Shown: piece after piece, positions 30,295 to 39,459 of the stretch
How the letters are laid out: each line of letters starts with the position of its first letter
How positions within the stretch are numbered: the stretch's first letter is position 1
Assembly (NCBI GenBank): GCA_046582655.1
Contig: JAYGDX010000027.1
Span: forward strand, 77,902 to 141,901
DNA: 64,000 nt
From: Candidatus Poribacteria bacterium
GTDB taxonomy: Bacteria; Poribacteria; WGA-4E; UBA9662
Direction of reading: 5' to 3'
Notes under the pieces: model-generated
Told to the model about the DNA's origin: nothing
The model's database searches: none
Seen by the model: only the letters and a program-made list of their open reading frames with translations
Made by a program: the position numbers and the translations under genes

Positions 30295-31041
30295 ATGGTG
30301 CATAGGAAATGGGCGAAATATCACCAACTCCGACCGGATCAGGTTTCTGAGTTGGTTGACCAAACTCCGGTTGTCTTCTGGCCACTTGGTCTAATCGAAC
30401 ATCATGGTTGGCACTTACCAATTGGATATGATGGTCTGAAGGCGGAGAGAATATGTGTGCGCATCGCGCAGAAAACTGGCGGTATCATTTTGCCGACAAT
30501 GTGGTGGGGGGCCCTTGGTGGACACGGCGATTTTTTATGGACACACTATCAACCACCTGAATCCACAGCGCAGATTCTATCAACCACCATCTATCAACTA
30601 ATCCAATTTGGGTTTCAAGTGATTGTGTTATTAGCCGGGCATTATCCATGGCAACAGTTTCTTAATCAGGAATTGCCAGAGATCCAATCTAACAATCCTG
30701 AAATCCTTATTTTAGCAGGAACGGAGATGTCAATTTGTGGAGAAGATATCAAACTGCCCGGAGACCATGCCGGACGAGCTGAAACTTCGTATGGTCTAGC
30801 CCTATTTCCGGAGTTAATCGATCTGCAAGAGTTGCGCTCTGGTCGCGACTTATCAGTTTGGCCTAATGGTGAAATGCCTCCTAAAGAGAAATGGCATTCG
30901 GCCGTCTGTTTTGATCACAGTGATCCGCTCTTTGCTCAAATGGGACAGCCAGCGGATGAGGCAAGTGTTGATGAGGGAAAAAGTGCGATTTCGATGCTTG
31001 TGGATAATCTGGCTGAGAAAATTAACACTTTTTTAGATTGA
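30295..31041 (+). CDS. Creatininase family amidohydrolase
   Basis: PLGLIEHHGWHLPIGYD, AGH, DHAGRAETS. Confidence 0.88.
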   Translation: MVHRKWAKYHQLRPDQVSELVDQTPVVFWPLGLIEHHGWHLPIGYDGLKAERICVRIAQKTGGIILPTMWWGALGGHGDFLWTHYQPPESTAQILSTTIYQLIQFGFQVIVLLAGHYPWQQFLNQELPEIQSNNPEILILAGTEMSICGEDIKLPGDHAGRAETSYGLALFPELIDLQELRSGRDLSVWPNGEMPPKEKWHSAVCFDHSDPLFAQMGQPADEASVDEGKSAISMLVDNLAEKINTFLD

Positions 31042-31061
31042 TCTTCGGCTTGAGGTGATAA

Positions 31062-31357
31062 ATGGCAATGATAGCTGGTCTTTGTATTATTCCCATGGGT
31101 TCTTGGCATGTCGGTATCAAAAGAAATTGCTGTGTGCGAAAAAAATCTACTTGATGCGGGTTTAAAGATTAAGTTACATGCTTATGGAACTAATATTGAA
31201 TGAAATGGGAGATAGTCTTTGATGTAATAAAGTCGTGCCATCAGATACCCCAAACCGAAGTGCTGCGTACTAGCACAACGCTCAAGTTTGGTACAAGAAC
31301 AGCCGGAATTAGACGATGGAGGATAAGGTTGTCAGCATCAAAAAGAAACTGTGCTAG
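31062..31357 (+). pseudogene. MTH1187/YqgV thiamine-binding protein pseudogene
   Basis: Frameshifted pieces MAMIAGLCIIPMG / SVSKEIAVCEKNLLDAGLKIKLHAYGTNIE / WEIVFDVIKSCH..TSTTLKFGTRT / TMEDKVVSI. Confidence 0.75.
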
Positions 31358-31400
31358 GCATCTCTTTATGCTCCTCGCTGAATTTTGAAACCGAAAACAA

Positions 31401-31430
31401 TTGAAAATCATGTGGTTGTTAAAGTATAAT
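31401..31430 (+). promoter_or_regulatory. Sigma70-type promoter of the tatA operon
   Basis: TTGAAA-18 bp-TATAAT, then AGGAGG RBS. Confidence 0.55.
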
Positions 31431-31463
31431 CCTGGCAGCATGTAATTTCTAGGAGGTATAGTG

Positions 31464-31667
31464 ATGGGTGCTTTAGGTGGCTGGGAAATTATACTTATTG
31501 TTATAGCGGTTCTCGTTATCTTTGGGCCGAAGCGTTTACCAGAGATGGGAAGTGCGCTTGGAAAAGCGATTCGGGACTTTAAAAATGCTGGCAAGGAAAT
31601 CCAAAACGATATAGCTCAAACCGTGAACGAAAATGGCTCGGATATAAATTCGAAAAAGGATGCCTGA
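31464..31667 (+). CDS. tatA: Twin-arginine translocase TatA
   Basis: GGWEIILI..FGPKRLPEMGSALGKAIRDFK. Confidence 0.95.
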   Translation: MGALGGWEIILIVIAVLVIFGPKRLPEMGSALGKAIRDFKNAGKEIQNDIAQTVNENGSDINSKKDA

Positions 31668-32505
31668 AGTCGATATCCAAGAAGATCTAGCGGGCGAAAT
31701 GACCTTTTGGGAACATCTCGAAGAATTACGCCGTCGTATTATTGTTTCACTAATTTCAGTTGGTATTTTTATGATTCTGAGTTTGTCCTTCAGCAAACCG
31801 ATCGAAAGGATTATGAAACTGCCACTAGATTTATCGACTAACAGGCTCCTGGCGTTTTTGATCGATCGAATATTTGGTCAAGACGCAACGTTTGTGGGAT
31901 TTCTATCAATATCGCTGAGGGCAAGTGCGATGGGTGTTGATGCAAAGCTGATAAAAGATGGTCCGCTTGAAGGCATCATGGCTTATCTCAAGATTAGTAT
32001 TACTTTCGGAATCCTATGTGCCTCACCGATCTTAATCTACCAAGTTTGGGCTTTTGTTCTTCCGGCATTTACCACTAAGGAAAAGCAGTTTGCTCTTCCT
32101 CTTTTCCTGATTATTATCCTTTTTTTTATTATTGGAGCTTTGTTTGCATACTTTATTGTTGCACCAGTTGTGCTTGGGTTTTCTTCCAAGCTTTTTGAAG
32201 GCACCCAAAACTTGTGGGGAATTCAAAGGTACTTCAATTTCCTGGTACAGTTACTCTTGGGATTCGGCATCGCATTTGAGCTTCCTATAGTTATGTCTTT
32301 TTTGTCTTTTATTAATGTAATCAATGCAAATGGTTTTCGTCAAAAGCGGAGTGTTGCCTTGGTTGGAATTATGGTTCTCTCAGCATTCTTGACACCAGCG
32401 GATGTACTCTCAATGTTGTTGATGGCTATTCCTCTCATTTTACTGTATGAATTGGGAATCTTCTTCTCATTTCTTGTTGAGCAGGAGCCTGAAGTTTATG
32501 CCTGA
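31660..32505 (+). CDS. tatC: Twin-arginine translocase TatC
   Basis: MTFWEHLEELRRR, YQVWAFVLP, FGIAFELP, AFLTPAD, LYE. Confidence 0.96.
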   Translation: MPEVDIQEDLAGEMTFWEHLEELRRRIIVSLISVGIFMILSLSFSKPIERIMKLPLDLSTNRLLAFLIDRIFGQDATFVGFLSISLRASAMGVDAKLIKDGPLEGIMAYLKISITFGILCASPILIYQVWAFVLPAFTTKEKQFALPLFLIIILFFIIGALFAYFIVAPVVLGFSSKLFEGTQNLWGIQRYFNFLVQLLLGFGIAFELPIVMSFLSFINVINANGFRQKRSVALVGIMVLSAFLTPADVLSMLLMAIPLILLYELGIFFSFLVEQEPEVYA

Positions 32506-33250
32506 TCTGAATCTAACCTTGGAACTTGCTTTTTTGTATGATTTGCAACAGATTGACGCTGAGATTTTAACTCGACACAAAAGGCTCAAGTTGATTCCGA
32601 ACGATATCCAGAAGTTGAGAGAGGATTTTCGGGTACACGAACAGAAATTGAATGCGTTAAAAGATCAACTCTCTCAGGCAGAAAAAGAGCAGCGATTTCG
32701 GTCAGCAGAAATAGAAACATTGGATGAACAAAGGAAGAAGTACCAGGCTCAGTTGACTGCCGTCAAAACCAACAGTGAGATGAAGGCGCTCTATAGTCAG
32801 CTGGAATTCCTGGATCAGCAAGAGGAGAAAATTGAGGATCAGATCTTAGAATTAATGTTTATTGTTGATGATCTTGGGGGTGAGGTCAAAAAGGAACATG
32901 AAATTCTGTCAACTAAAAATGTAGATCGCAAAGCTGAAGAAGCTGGACTTCAGACAATTGCTCAAGATATTAAGGCAGATATTTCCGAAATTCAAGAGAA
33001 ACGCCAAAACTTGATCCAGAAAGTTAATCCGGATTTATTCGAGCAATACCAGAGCAGGGTGGCTACCCAACATACTAACTTGGTCACTCCCGTTGTGGGA
33101 AATAGCTGTGGTTATTGCAAATTGACAATTCCTCCGCAGATGCTTAATGAAGTGAAACAGGCACGAAAAAAAATTGCTTGTCCATCTTGTAAGCTAATTC
33201 TGTTTGAGTTGCTGAATCTCGAGCAGACCGATGATGCTACTGGCGAATAG
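32498..33250 (+). CDS. Coiled-coil C4 zinc-ribbon protein (DUF164/CT398-like)
   Basis: LQQID, long coiled coil, CGYC..IPPQ..CPSCKLIL. Confidence 0.88.
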   Translation: MPDLNLTLELAFLYDLQQIDAEILTRHKRLKLIPNDIQKLREDFRVHEQKLNALKDQLSQAEKEQRFRSAEIETLDEQRKKYQAQLTAVKTNSEMKALYSQLEFLDQQEEKIEDQILELMFIVDDLGGEVKKEHEILSTKNVDRKAEEAGLQTIAQDIKADISEIQEKRQNLIQKVNPDLFEQYQSRVATQHTNLVTPVVGNSCGYCKLTIPPQMLNEVKQARKKIACPSCKLILFELLNLEQTDDATGE

Positions 33251-33365
33251 AGATATAGCCTTTCTAACCGCAATCCCTACCTAATCAGTGAAACCGATTG
33301 ACCAATTCCACGTTAACTGACAGCGAGTATAAATTTCGAGCCATATCAGCAGGATCGATATTCCT

Positions 33366-34166
33366 ATGCAATTCCCAAACCCTTTTAAGCTATTGATTAT
33401 TTCTCTTTTCCTTTTACTTGCTCTGTTAAGACCGAAAACAATTGCAGGAAAAGTTGATCAAACTAATACCGAATTCTCGCTAAAATACATCGTTATTGAC
33501 CCAGGACATGGGGGAAAAGATCCCGGTTGCGTTAGCCGGTCCGGAGTAGCAGAAAAAGATATAACGTTGGCGGTATCGCGCAAGTTGGTTGAATTCCTGC
33601 GGGAAAAAACTGAATATGAAGCTTTTTTGACTCGCACTGATGATCGTTTTGTCTCGCTTAGGCAGCGTGTTGAGTTTGCCAATCAAGAAATTTTTCCGCC
33701 CAATCAATCGATCCTCTTAAGCCTCCATTGCAATTCGTTTAAGGATCGGCGTATCCATGGTATGGAGAGCTTCAAATTTGATCTTGATGCAACGGATGAG
33801 CTCGCTGCAGAGTTGGTCGAAAGGGAAAACGCACAGGAAGAAGTTGACAAATTCGATTTTATGATTATTAGTCTTCGTAAACGCGGTAACGAAAAATACA
33901 CACGGCAAGTGGCACAAATCCTACAAGAATTGCTTGTTTCCCAACTTGGCGTGAAAAACCGGAATCTAAGTGCTTCAGAAAAAACAGGTGTTCGTGGTGC
34001 TCCGTTTTATATTCTAGCATGGACCAAAATGCCCAGTATTTTGCTTGAACTAGGTTTTATCTCAAACGATGTCGAGCGCAAAAAAATGACCGAAGAAAAA
34101 TACCAGAAAGAAATCGCTAGCACATTAGTAAGAGGGATCAAAAAATTTGATCGGCAATTGCAATAG
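33366..34166 (+). CDS. N-acetylmuramoyl-L-alanine amidase (Amidase_3)
   Basis: IDPGHGGKDPG, EKDITL, LTR, SLHCN, PSILLELGFISN. Confidence 0.93.
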   Translation: MQFPNPFKLLIISLFLLLALLRPKTIAGKVDQTNTEFSLKYIVIDPGHGGKDPGCVSRSGVAEKDITLAVSRKLVEFLREKTEYEAFLTRTDDRFVSLRQRVEFANQEIFPPNQSILLSLHCNSFKDRRIHGMESFKFDLDATDELAAELVERENAQEEVDKFDFMIISLRKRGNEKYTRQVAQILQELLVSQLGVKNRNLSASEKTGVRGAPFYILAWTKMPSILLELGFISNDVERKKMTEEKYQKEIASTLVRGIKKFDRQLQ

Positions 34167-34195
34167 TCAAATTGGGGCAATAGTTCCCTAGTCGA

Positions 34196-34900
34196 ATGGG
34201 TTTTCTATATAGTAATGCCCTCAATCTAGAGGAAACTGGGCTTGTTCAGGCTGTCACCAGTCGCCGACTCGACTCGAAAGCCGACCGAAAAAGATTCTAC
34301 GATCAGATTCGGCTTAGGCCCGAACAGCTCGTCTACTGCCGCCAAGTTCATGGCAATAAGGTATGGGTGATTTCCCGATACCCTGAAACCTATCCTTTAC
34401 CGCTGACAGAAGCGGACGCGATGGTCACAGATCAGATTGATCTGGTAATTGCCGTTTTTACCGCGGACTGTATTCCCATTTTTATTTTGGATACCCAGAC
34501 ATGTTCAATCGGTATTATACACGCTGGTTGGCGTGGGACATACAAGCTCGTTACAACCGAGGCAATTCAGTCAATGCAGGAGCACTTCGGTACAGATCCT
34601 GCAAATTGTCTGGTTCATCTGGGCGTATCGATACAACAAAATTGCTATCAGGTCAGCCAGGATCTGGCTGATCAATTTGAGCGCCATTTTGGTCCTGAGG
34701 TGCGTACTATTGATAATAAACTTAATTTGCAGGCTGCTAATGTTCAACAGCTAGTTAATGCTGGAGTTCCCTTTGAATCAATCTCGATCTCTCCCTTATG
34801 TACAGCCTGCCGAACTGACCTTTTTTATTCGTTTCGTATGGAACGTGAGCGTGCAGGAAGGCTGGTTTCATTGATTCGGTTGCTCCCAGATTTCGATTGA
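34196..34900 (+). CDS. pgeF: PgeF/YfiH laccase-domain purine nucleoside phosphorylase
   Basis: QVHG, EADAMVT, TADCIPI, HAGWRG, CTAC..FYSFR. Confidence 0.92.
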   Translation: MGFLYSNALNLEETGLVQAVTSRRLDSKADRKRFYDQIRLRPEQLVYCRQVHGNKVWVISRYPETYPLPLTEADAMVTDQIDLVIAVFTADCIPIFILDTQTCSIGIIHAGWRGTYKLVTTEAIQSMQEHFGTDPANCLVHLGVSIQQNCYQVSQDLADQFERHFGPEVRTIDNKLNLQAANVQQLVNAGVPFESISISPLCTACRTDLFYSFRMERERAGRLVSLIRLLPDFD

Positions 34901-34959
34901 TCTACTTCCAGAAGTCTGTTACGATTGTTTTGTAAATCCGACTTTTGCGTTAAAGATAT

Positions 34960-35394
34960 ATGCACGTAAAGATTAAACGAATTGATAAGAGTCTACCGCT
35001 ACCTCGGTATGAAACAAATGGTTCTGTTGGTTTTGATTTGTTGTGTCGGGAATCGGTAGAAGTCTTTCCTCAAACCGTTGCACTGATTCCAGCCAATGTA
35101 ATTGTTGAGACGCCACCGGGTTACATGCTGTTGGTGGCCTTACGAAGTTCAACCCCACGGAAACGAGGATTGCTGATTCCGCATGGCGTTGGGGTCATCG
35201 ATCAGGACTATTGTGGTGATGGAGATGAGATTCAGATTCAAGTCTACAACTTCACCAATCAACCTGTACTGATTGAACGAGGAGATCGAATTGCGCAGGG
35301 AATCTTCGTACGTGTTGATTGTTCAGAGTGGCAGAAAGTGGAACAGATGGATCAGGAAACACGTGGTGGGTTTGGAAGTACGGATGGCAGGTAA
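34960..35394 (+). CDS. dut: dUTP diphosphatase
   Basis: GSVGFDL, RSS, GVIDQDY, GDRIAQ, RGGFGST. Confidence 0.95.
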   Translation: MHVKIKRIDKSLPLPRYETNGSVGFDLLCRESVEVFPQTVALIPANVIVETPPGYMLLVALRSSTPRKRGLLIPHGVGVIDQDYCGDGDEIQIQVYNFTNQPVLIERGDRIAQGIFVRVDCSEWQKVEQMDQETRGGFGSTDGR

Positions 35395-35417
35395 TCTCGA
35401 TTGATTGGAGAAGGTTT

Positions 35418-36068
35418 ATGCCGAAGCTCAAAGTATGCATGATTTCAGGATCGTTTGAGTATGATTCTGAGGAGTCGCTCTCAATTTTTAAGGATCATCT
35501 TAAGAAGTACCAACTAGATATTGAGACAACCATGATTATCTATGAAAGTGAAGGTGATCAACAATCTTTGCAGGTTTTAAAATCAACGGATGTGATGGTG
35601 ATCTTCACGCGAAGATTGAACACAGAGGGGGAAGAACTCGAACGGTTCAAATCGTATTGCAATTTGGGTAAACCAATTGTTGGTATCCGCACTGCCAGCC
35701 ATGCCTACCAGAATTACCTTGAGTTCGATCGAGATGTTTTAGGCGGCAGTTATGCTGGGCATTTTGGACATGGCCCAATAGCCCATGTCCAAATCAAAAA
35801 GGGGAACACAGATCATCCAATACTTGAGGGTATTCCTGATTTCGACTCTTACGGCAGTTTATATAAGAACCAAAATAATGTAAAAGATACTACCATCCTA
35901 ATGACAGCAAGTACGTCCGAAGGAAATCATGAGCCGGTGGCATGGACTAGGATTCATAACGGTGGCCGAATCTTCTACACGTCTCTTGGACATCAACAGG
36001 ATTTTAGTATCGATCATTTCCTCGCACTTTTGACAAATGCTATTCTCTGGGCAGGCGGACGAAAATAG
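35418..36068 (+). CDS. ThuA-like (class I GATase-like) domain protein
   Basis: GIRTASHA, HPIL, EPVAWTR, GRIFYTSLGH; start ATG 35418. Confidence 0.85.
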   Translation: MPKLKVCMISGSFEYDSEESLSIFKDHLKKYQLDIETTMIIYESEGDQQSLQVLKSTDVMVIFTRRLNTEGEELERFKSYCNLGKPIVGIRTASHAYQNYLEFDRDVLGGSYAGHFGHGPIAHVQIKKGNTDHPILEGIPDFDSYGSLYKNQNNVKDTTILMTASTSEGNHEPVAWTRIHNGGRIFYTSLGHQQDFSIDHFLALLTNAILWAGGRK

Positions 36069-36132
36069 AAGAAAATGTCCAAAAAACAAGGCCTAATCGC
36101 ATTCTATTAAAATTGTTAGCAAACCTGTTTTG

Positions 36133-37263
36133 TTATTGTGTAACCTCATAGTCTTTTAGGGCTTCCATAGATTCTGGAGTTCCTAGTTTTTTTAAGGCTT
36201 CTGCTGCTGATTGTCGGATCTTGAAACCTTCATCATCCGACGCTCTTATTAGGAAAACCTGACGATAAGCTTGGATAGCTTCCTCCAGTTTCTCTTGACC
36301 AATATAGACATGTCCCAGATTTAGATACGCTTCAGCATTCGAGGGATTGAGTTCTATTGCTCTCTGAATCAATTCGATAGCGAGGTCAAGATTTCCCTGC
36401 TGTCTATACACATCTCCCAGATTATTACATGCATCGGCATCATCAGAGTTGAGTTTGATAGCTTCCTCATAGGCCTGAATGGCTTCTTCTAATTTTCCTT
36501 GCTGATATGATTCATTCCCCTGATTAAAATATGCCATCTTTAGATTATCATATGCGTTAGTATCCTCAGGATTGAGTTCAACAGCCTTCTCGTAAGCCTG
36601 AATAGCTTCCTCTAGATTGCCTTGATCGACATAGACTAATCCCAAATTGTAATATGCATTGATGTAATCAGGATCGAGTTCGATGGTTCTTAGATAAGCT
36701 TTTCTGGCTTCTTCTAACTGGTTTTGACTGCGGTAGGTAATACCTAGATTATTATACGCGGAAACGTAATCAGGATTGAGTTCGATAGCTTTCATATAAG
36801 CTTGTACCGCTTCCTCTAATTGGTCTTGGTTGCGGTAGACATTACCCAGATTATTGTACACATCAGCGTCCTCAGGATTAAGTTCGATAGCTTTCTGGTA
36901 GGCCTGTATAGCCTCTTTAAATCTTCCTTGCTCTTTTAGCGTAACTCCTAAGTTATTGTATGCATCGATGTAATTAGGATTGAGTTTGACAGCTTCTTGA
37001 TAAGCTTGTGTGGCTTCCGCCAACTCTTCTTGGTAACGATAAGCATTACCCAAACCATAATAGGAATCAGCATCATCAGGATTAAGTTTAATAGCTTCCT
37101 GATACGCTTGTACAATTTCTTCCAACTTATCTTGATCAGTATGCAAATTATCTTGTTGAAGGATGTCTGAAATGTCAAGATCCAAGGTATCAGAATCAGG
37201 ATTGTCTTTCATGGGGCCCTCCTGTTTTTTTGTTACGGAGTGAAGACTAACTTTGGGAGCCAT
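36133..37263 (-). CDS. Tetratricopeptide repeat protein
   Basis: About nine 34-aa repeats AYNNLG..Y..QG.LEEAIQAY.KAIELNP, also visible as ~102-bp DNA repeats. Confidence 0.93.
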   Translation of the reverse strand: MAPKVSLHSVTKKQEGPMKDNPDSDTLDLDISDILQQDNLHTDQDKLEEIVQAYQEAIKLNPDDADSYYGLGNAYRYQEELAEATQAYQEAVKLNPNYIDAYNNLGVTLKEQGRFKEAIQAYQKAIELNPEDADVYNNLGNVYRNQDQLEEAVQAYMKAIELNPDYVSAYNNLGITYRSQNQLEEARKAYLRTIELDPDYINAYYNLGLVYVDQGNLEEAIQAYEKAVELNPEDTNAYDNLKMAYFNQGNESYQQGKLEEAIQAYEEAIKLNSDDADACNNLGDVYRQQGNLDLAIELIQRAIELNPSNAEAYLNLGHVYIGQEKLEEAIQAYRQVFLIRASDDEGFKIRQSAAEALKKLGTPESMEALKDYEVTQ

Positions 37264-37644
37264 TTGTTGTTACTATTGCTCTGGTTTCATCTTAATATGA
37301 AATCTGCCGAATCCCAATTGTACTACAGAAGAAAAATAAGAAGTTACTTATATCAGCAATTGGTTATCTATCAGGTAGTGATTGCAAGTGAGGTTACACA
37401 CTATAGCAAGTTAGGATTTTTTTATTCGCTACTCAACTTGAACTGCCAAATCACTGACTGCTCCAGCTAACAGTAGTTTCAACTGGTCCGCTTAAATACT
37501 TCAGAAAAATTAAAACTCTAAATTACTTGGAAGAGAAATGGGGGAAACGAGTATTAATTCTGCGAATTAATCTTTATACGTCTCCCTTAAATTGCGAGCA
37601 TAGGTATATGTATTCTAAGTCTTTTCAGAGAAGTATTAAGCGAC

Positions 37645-39054
37645 CTATGATGCTTTGGTTGTAGTATCCGGTATGTTTCGCTGAGCGTAATAGTCAGGGA
37701 GATGTTCCTTCACCAAGGTTTCCATCTCGTCCTGAGAGATGGAGGTAATGCGGCCGTCTTCGTATTGGTCCATAACCCAACGCGCAATTTTAACCAGTTT
37801 CAGTTTTCCAAGACGATCTTCCCTCTTTAATCCAAGATAATCGTTTACCCAATGAACGACGCCATCTATGCCGGATTTGTCCGTGATACCTACTGCATGT
37901 GGGCGGTTTAATACCTTGTTAGTGTCGAAAATATTGTAAATACGTTCGTCCTTGTTAAGTCCATCGGCGTGGATTCCGGCTCGTGTTACGTTAAAGTCGC
38001 GCCCAACAAAAGGATAGTTACTTGGAATATCAAAACCAACTTCATATCTGAAGTATTCTGCTATCTCTGAGATCACGCCAGGATCCATTCCGTTAGTTGT
38101 TCCTTTCAATCCGCTGTACTCAATAACAGCTCCTTCCAAAGGTGGATTCCCAGTTCGCTCACCATACCCTAGCAGCGTGCAGTTGACAAAATCACAACCG
38201 TAAAGCCAACATGTCGCCCCGTTGATGTGAACCTTATGGAAGTCGTTATGACCATGCCACTCTAAACGGTCTGGCGGACATCCACATTCATGATTCATGA
38301 TATAGACCAACTTGGGAATACTACGCGGAAGTTTAGTTCCGGGGAAACTGATACCAAAGCCCATAGTATCGCATAGACGGATCTTCGGCTTTAGATGTTC
38401 TGGGACTTGCTCACCCAGTTCCATTAACCGTTGAACATAGGGCACAACAAATCCATAAATGTCCGCACGCGTTAAGTCTTCTAGATGTAGACGAGGCCGA
38501 ATACCATTTTCAATTGCCTGCCCGGCCATGTGCACATAGAAGTCGAGCGCTTTACGTCGGTCCATCTTCAGTTTGTGAAAAATGTGGTAATCAGAAGAAG
38601 ACGTCAACATCCCCGTTTCCGATAATTGCATATCCTTGACTAACTTGAAATCTCCTTCGTGAGCACGAATCCAGCCGGTGATTTCCGGGAATTTGTGTCC
38701 GAGTTCCCGACAGCGGTCCACCGCTTCCCGATCTTTATTGGTATACAGAAAGAATTCGCTTTGGCGGATAATACCATTTGGACCGCTCATCTTGGACAGC
38801 AAATTGTAGAGATCCACAATTTGCTGAACAGTGTAAGGGGGACGCGCTTGCTGACCATCGCGGAAAGTAGTATCGGTGATTAACCATTCACGTTTCAGCG
38901 CTTCCTGCGGATCAAACTCGATCACTTCGCCATTTATTTCCTCATATATCTTACTGTCGAAGGCTATCCGAGGAACATCTTTATGAGGAAATAGGTCCTC
39001 TAAAAGATTCGGCTCTTCAACTTCAACGATGTCTCGACGATTCATAATTTTCAA
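37645..39054 (-). CDS. DRE-TIM metallolyase, Re-citrate synthase-like
   Basis: ITDTTFRDGQQARPPY, RQSEFFLY, GWIRA, SSDYHIF, LEDLTRAD, EWHGHNDF, GERTGN, TRAGIHADG. Confidence 0.8.
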   Translation of the reverse strand: MKIMNRRDIVEVEEPNLLEDLFPHKDVPRIAFDSKIYEEINGEVIEFDPQEALKREWLITDTTFRDGQQARPPYTVQQIVDLYNLLSKMSGPNGIIRQSEFFLYTNKDREAVDRCRELGHKFPEITGWIRAHEGDFKLVKDMQLSETGMLTSSSDYHIFHKLKMDRRKALDFYVHMAGQAIENGIRPRLHLEDLTRADIYGFVVPYVQRLMELGEQVPEHLKPKIRLCDTMGFGISFPGTKLPRSIPKLVYIMNHECGCPPDRLEWHGHNDFHKVHINGATCWLYGCDFVNCTLLGYGERTGNPPLEGAVIEYSGLKGTTNGMDPGVISEIAEYFRYEVGFDIPSNYPFVGRDFNVTRAGIHADGLNKDERIYNIFDTNKVLNRPHAVGITDKSGIDGVVHWVNDYLGLKREDRLGKLKLVKIARWVMDQYEDGRITSISQDEMETLVKEHLPDYYAQRNIPDTTTKAS

Positions 39055-39181
39055 GTCTCCTATCCTAGAATTCTAAACAAGATTAAACACCATGCGAGAC
39101 TAGGAAGTTCCTAAATCGCATATGATAAAACCTTAGAATCTTCTATTACTTAACAACGCCTGCAACTAGTCGAGCTATGTT

Positions 39182-39439
39182 TTAATCATGTTGATCAGCT
39201 ACAACTTTGGCGATGTATTCTACTGCTTCTCCTACTGAAGAAATAGATAAGGCTTCCTCTTCATCCATTTCAATTTCAAATTCTTCCTCAAAACCGGCAA
39301 CTAACTCAACTGACTGCAACGACTCTGCTCCTAAATCGGAAGCAAAATCAGACTCATTCTTGATTTGAGAAGGTTCGATATTGAGAATCATTGTGGTCAC
39401 ATTGATGATTCTATCGCGGATTTCCTCATTACTAAGCAT
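39182..39439 (-). CDS. acpP: Acyl carrier protein
   Basis: Acidic 85 aa; DLGAESLQSVELVAGFEEEFEIE (variant of GADSLD). Confidence 0.85.
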   Translation of the reverse strand: MLSNEEIRDRIINVTTMILNIEPSQIKNESDFASDLGAESLQSVELVAGFEEEFEIEMDEEEALSISSVGEAVEYIAKVVADQHD

Positions 39440-39459
39440 AGTTTCTTAAACTCCTTTTT

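Noticed and set aside
36133-37263. About 102-bp periodic DNA repeats resembling an array
   Set aside because: They are TPR coding repeats with no repeat-spacer structure; no CRISPR array or cas genes are in the window.
39085-39125. Hairpin ATGCGA..TAGGAAGTTCCTA..TCGCAT between acpP and the Re-citrate synthase-like gene
   Set aside because: No U-tract or known motif; insufficient to call a terminator or riboswitch.
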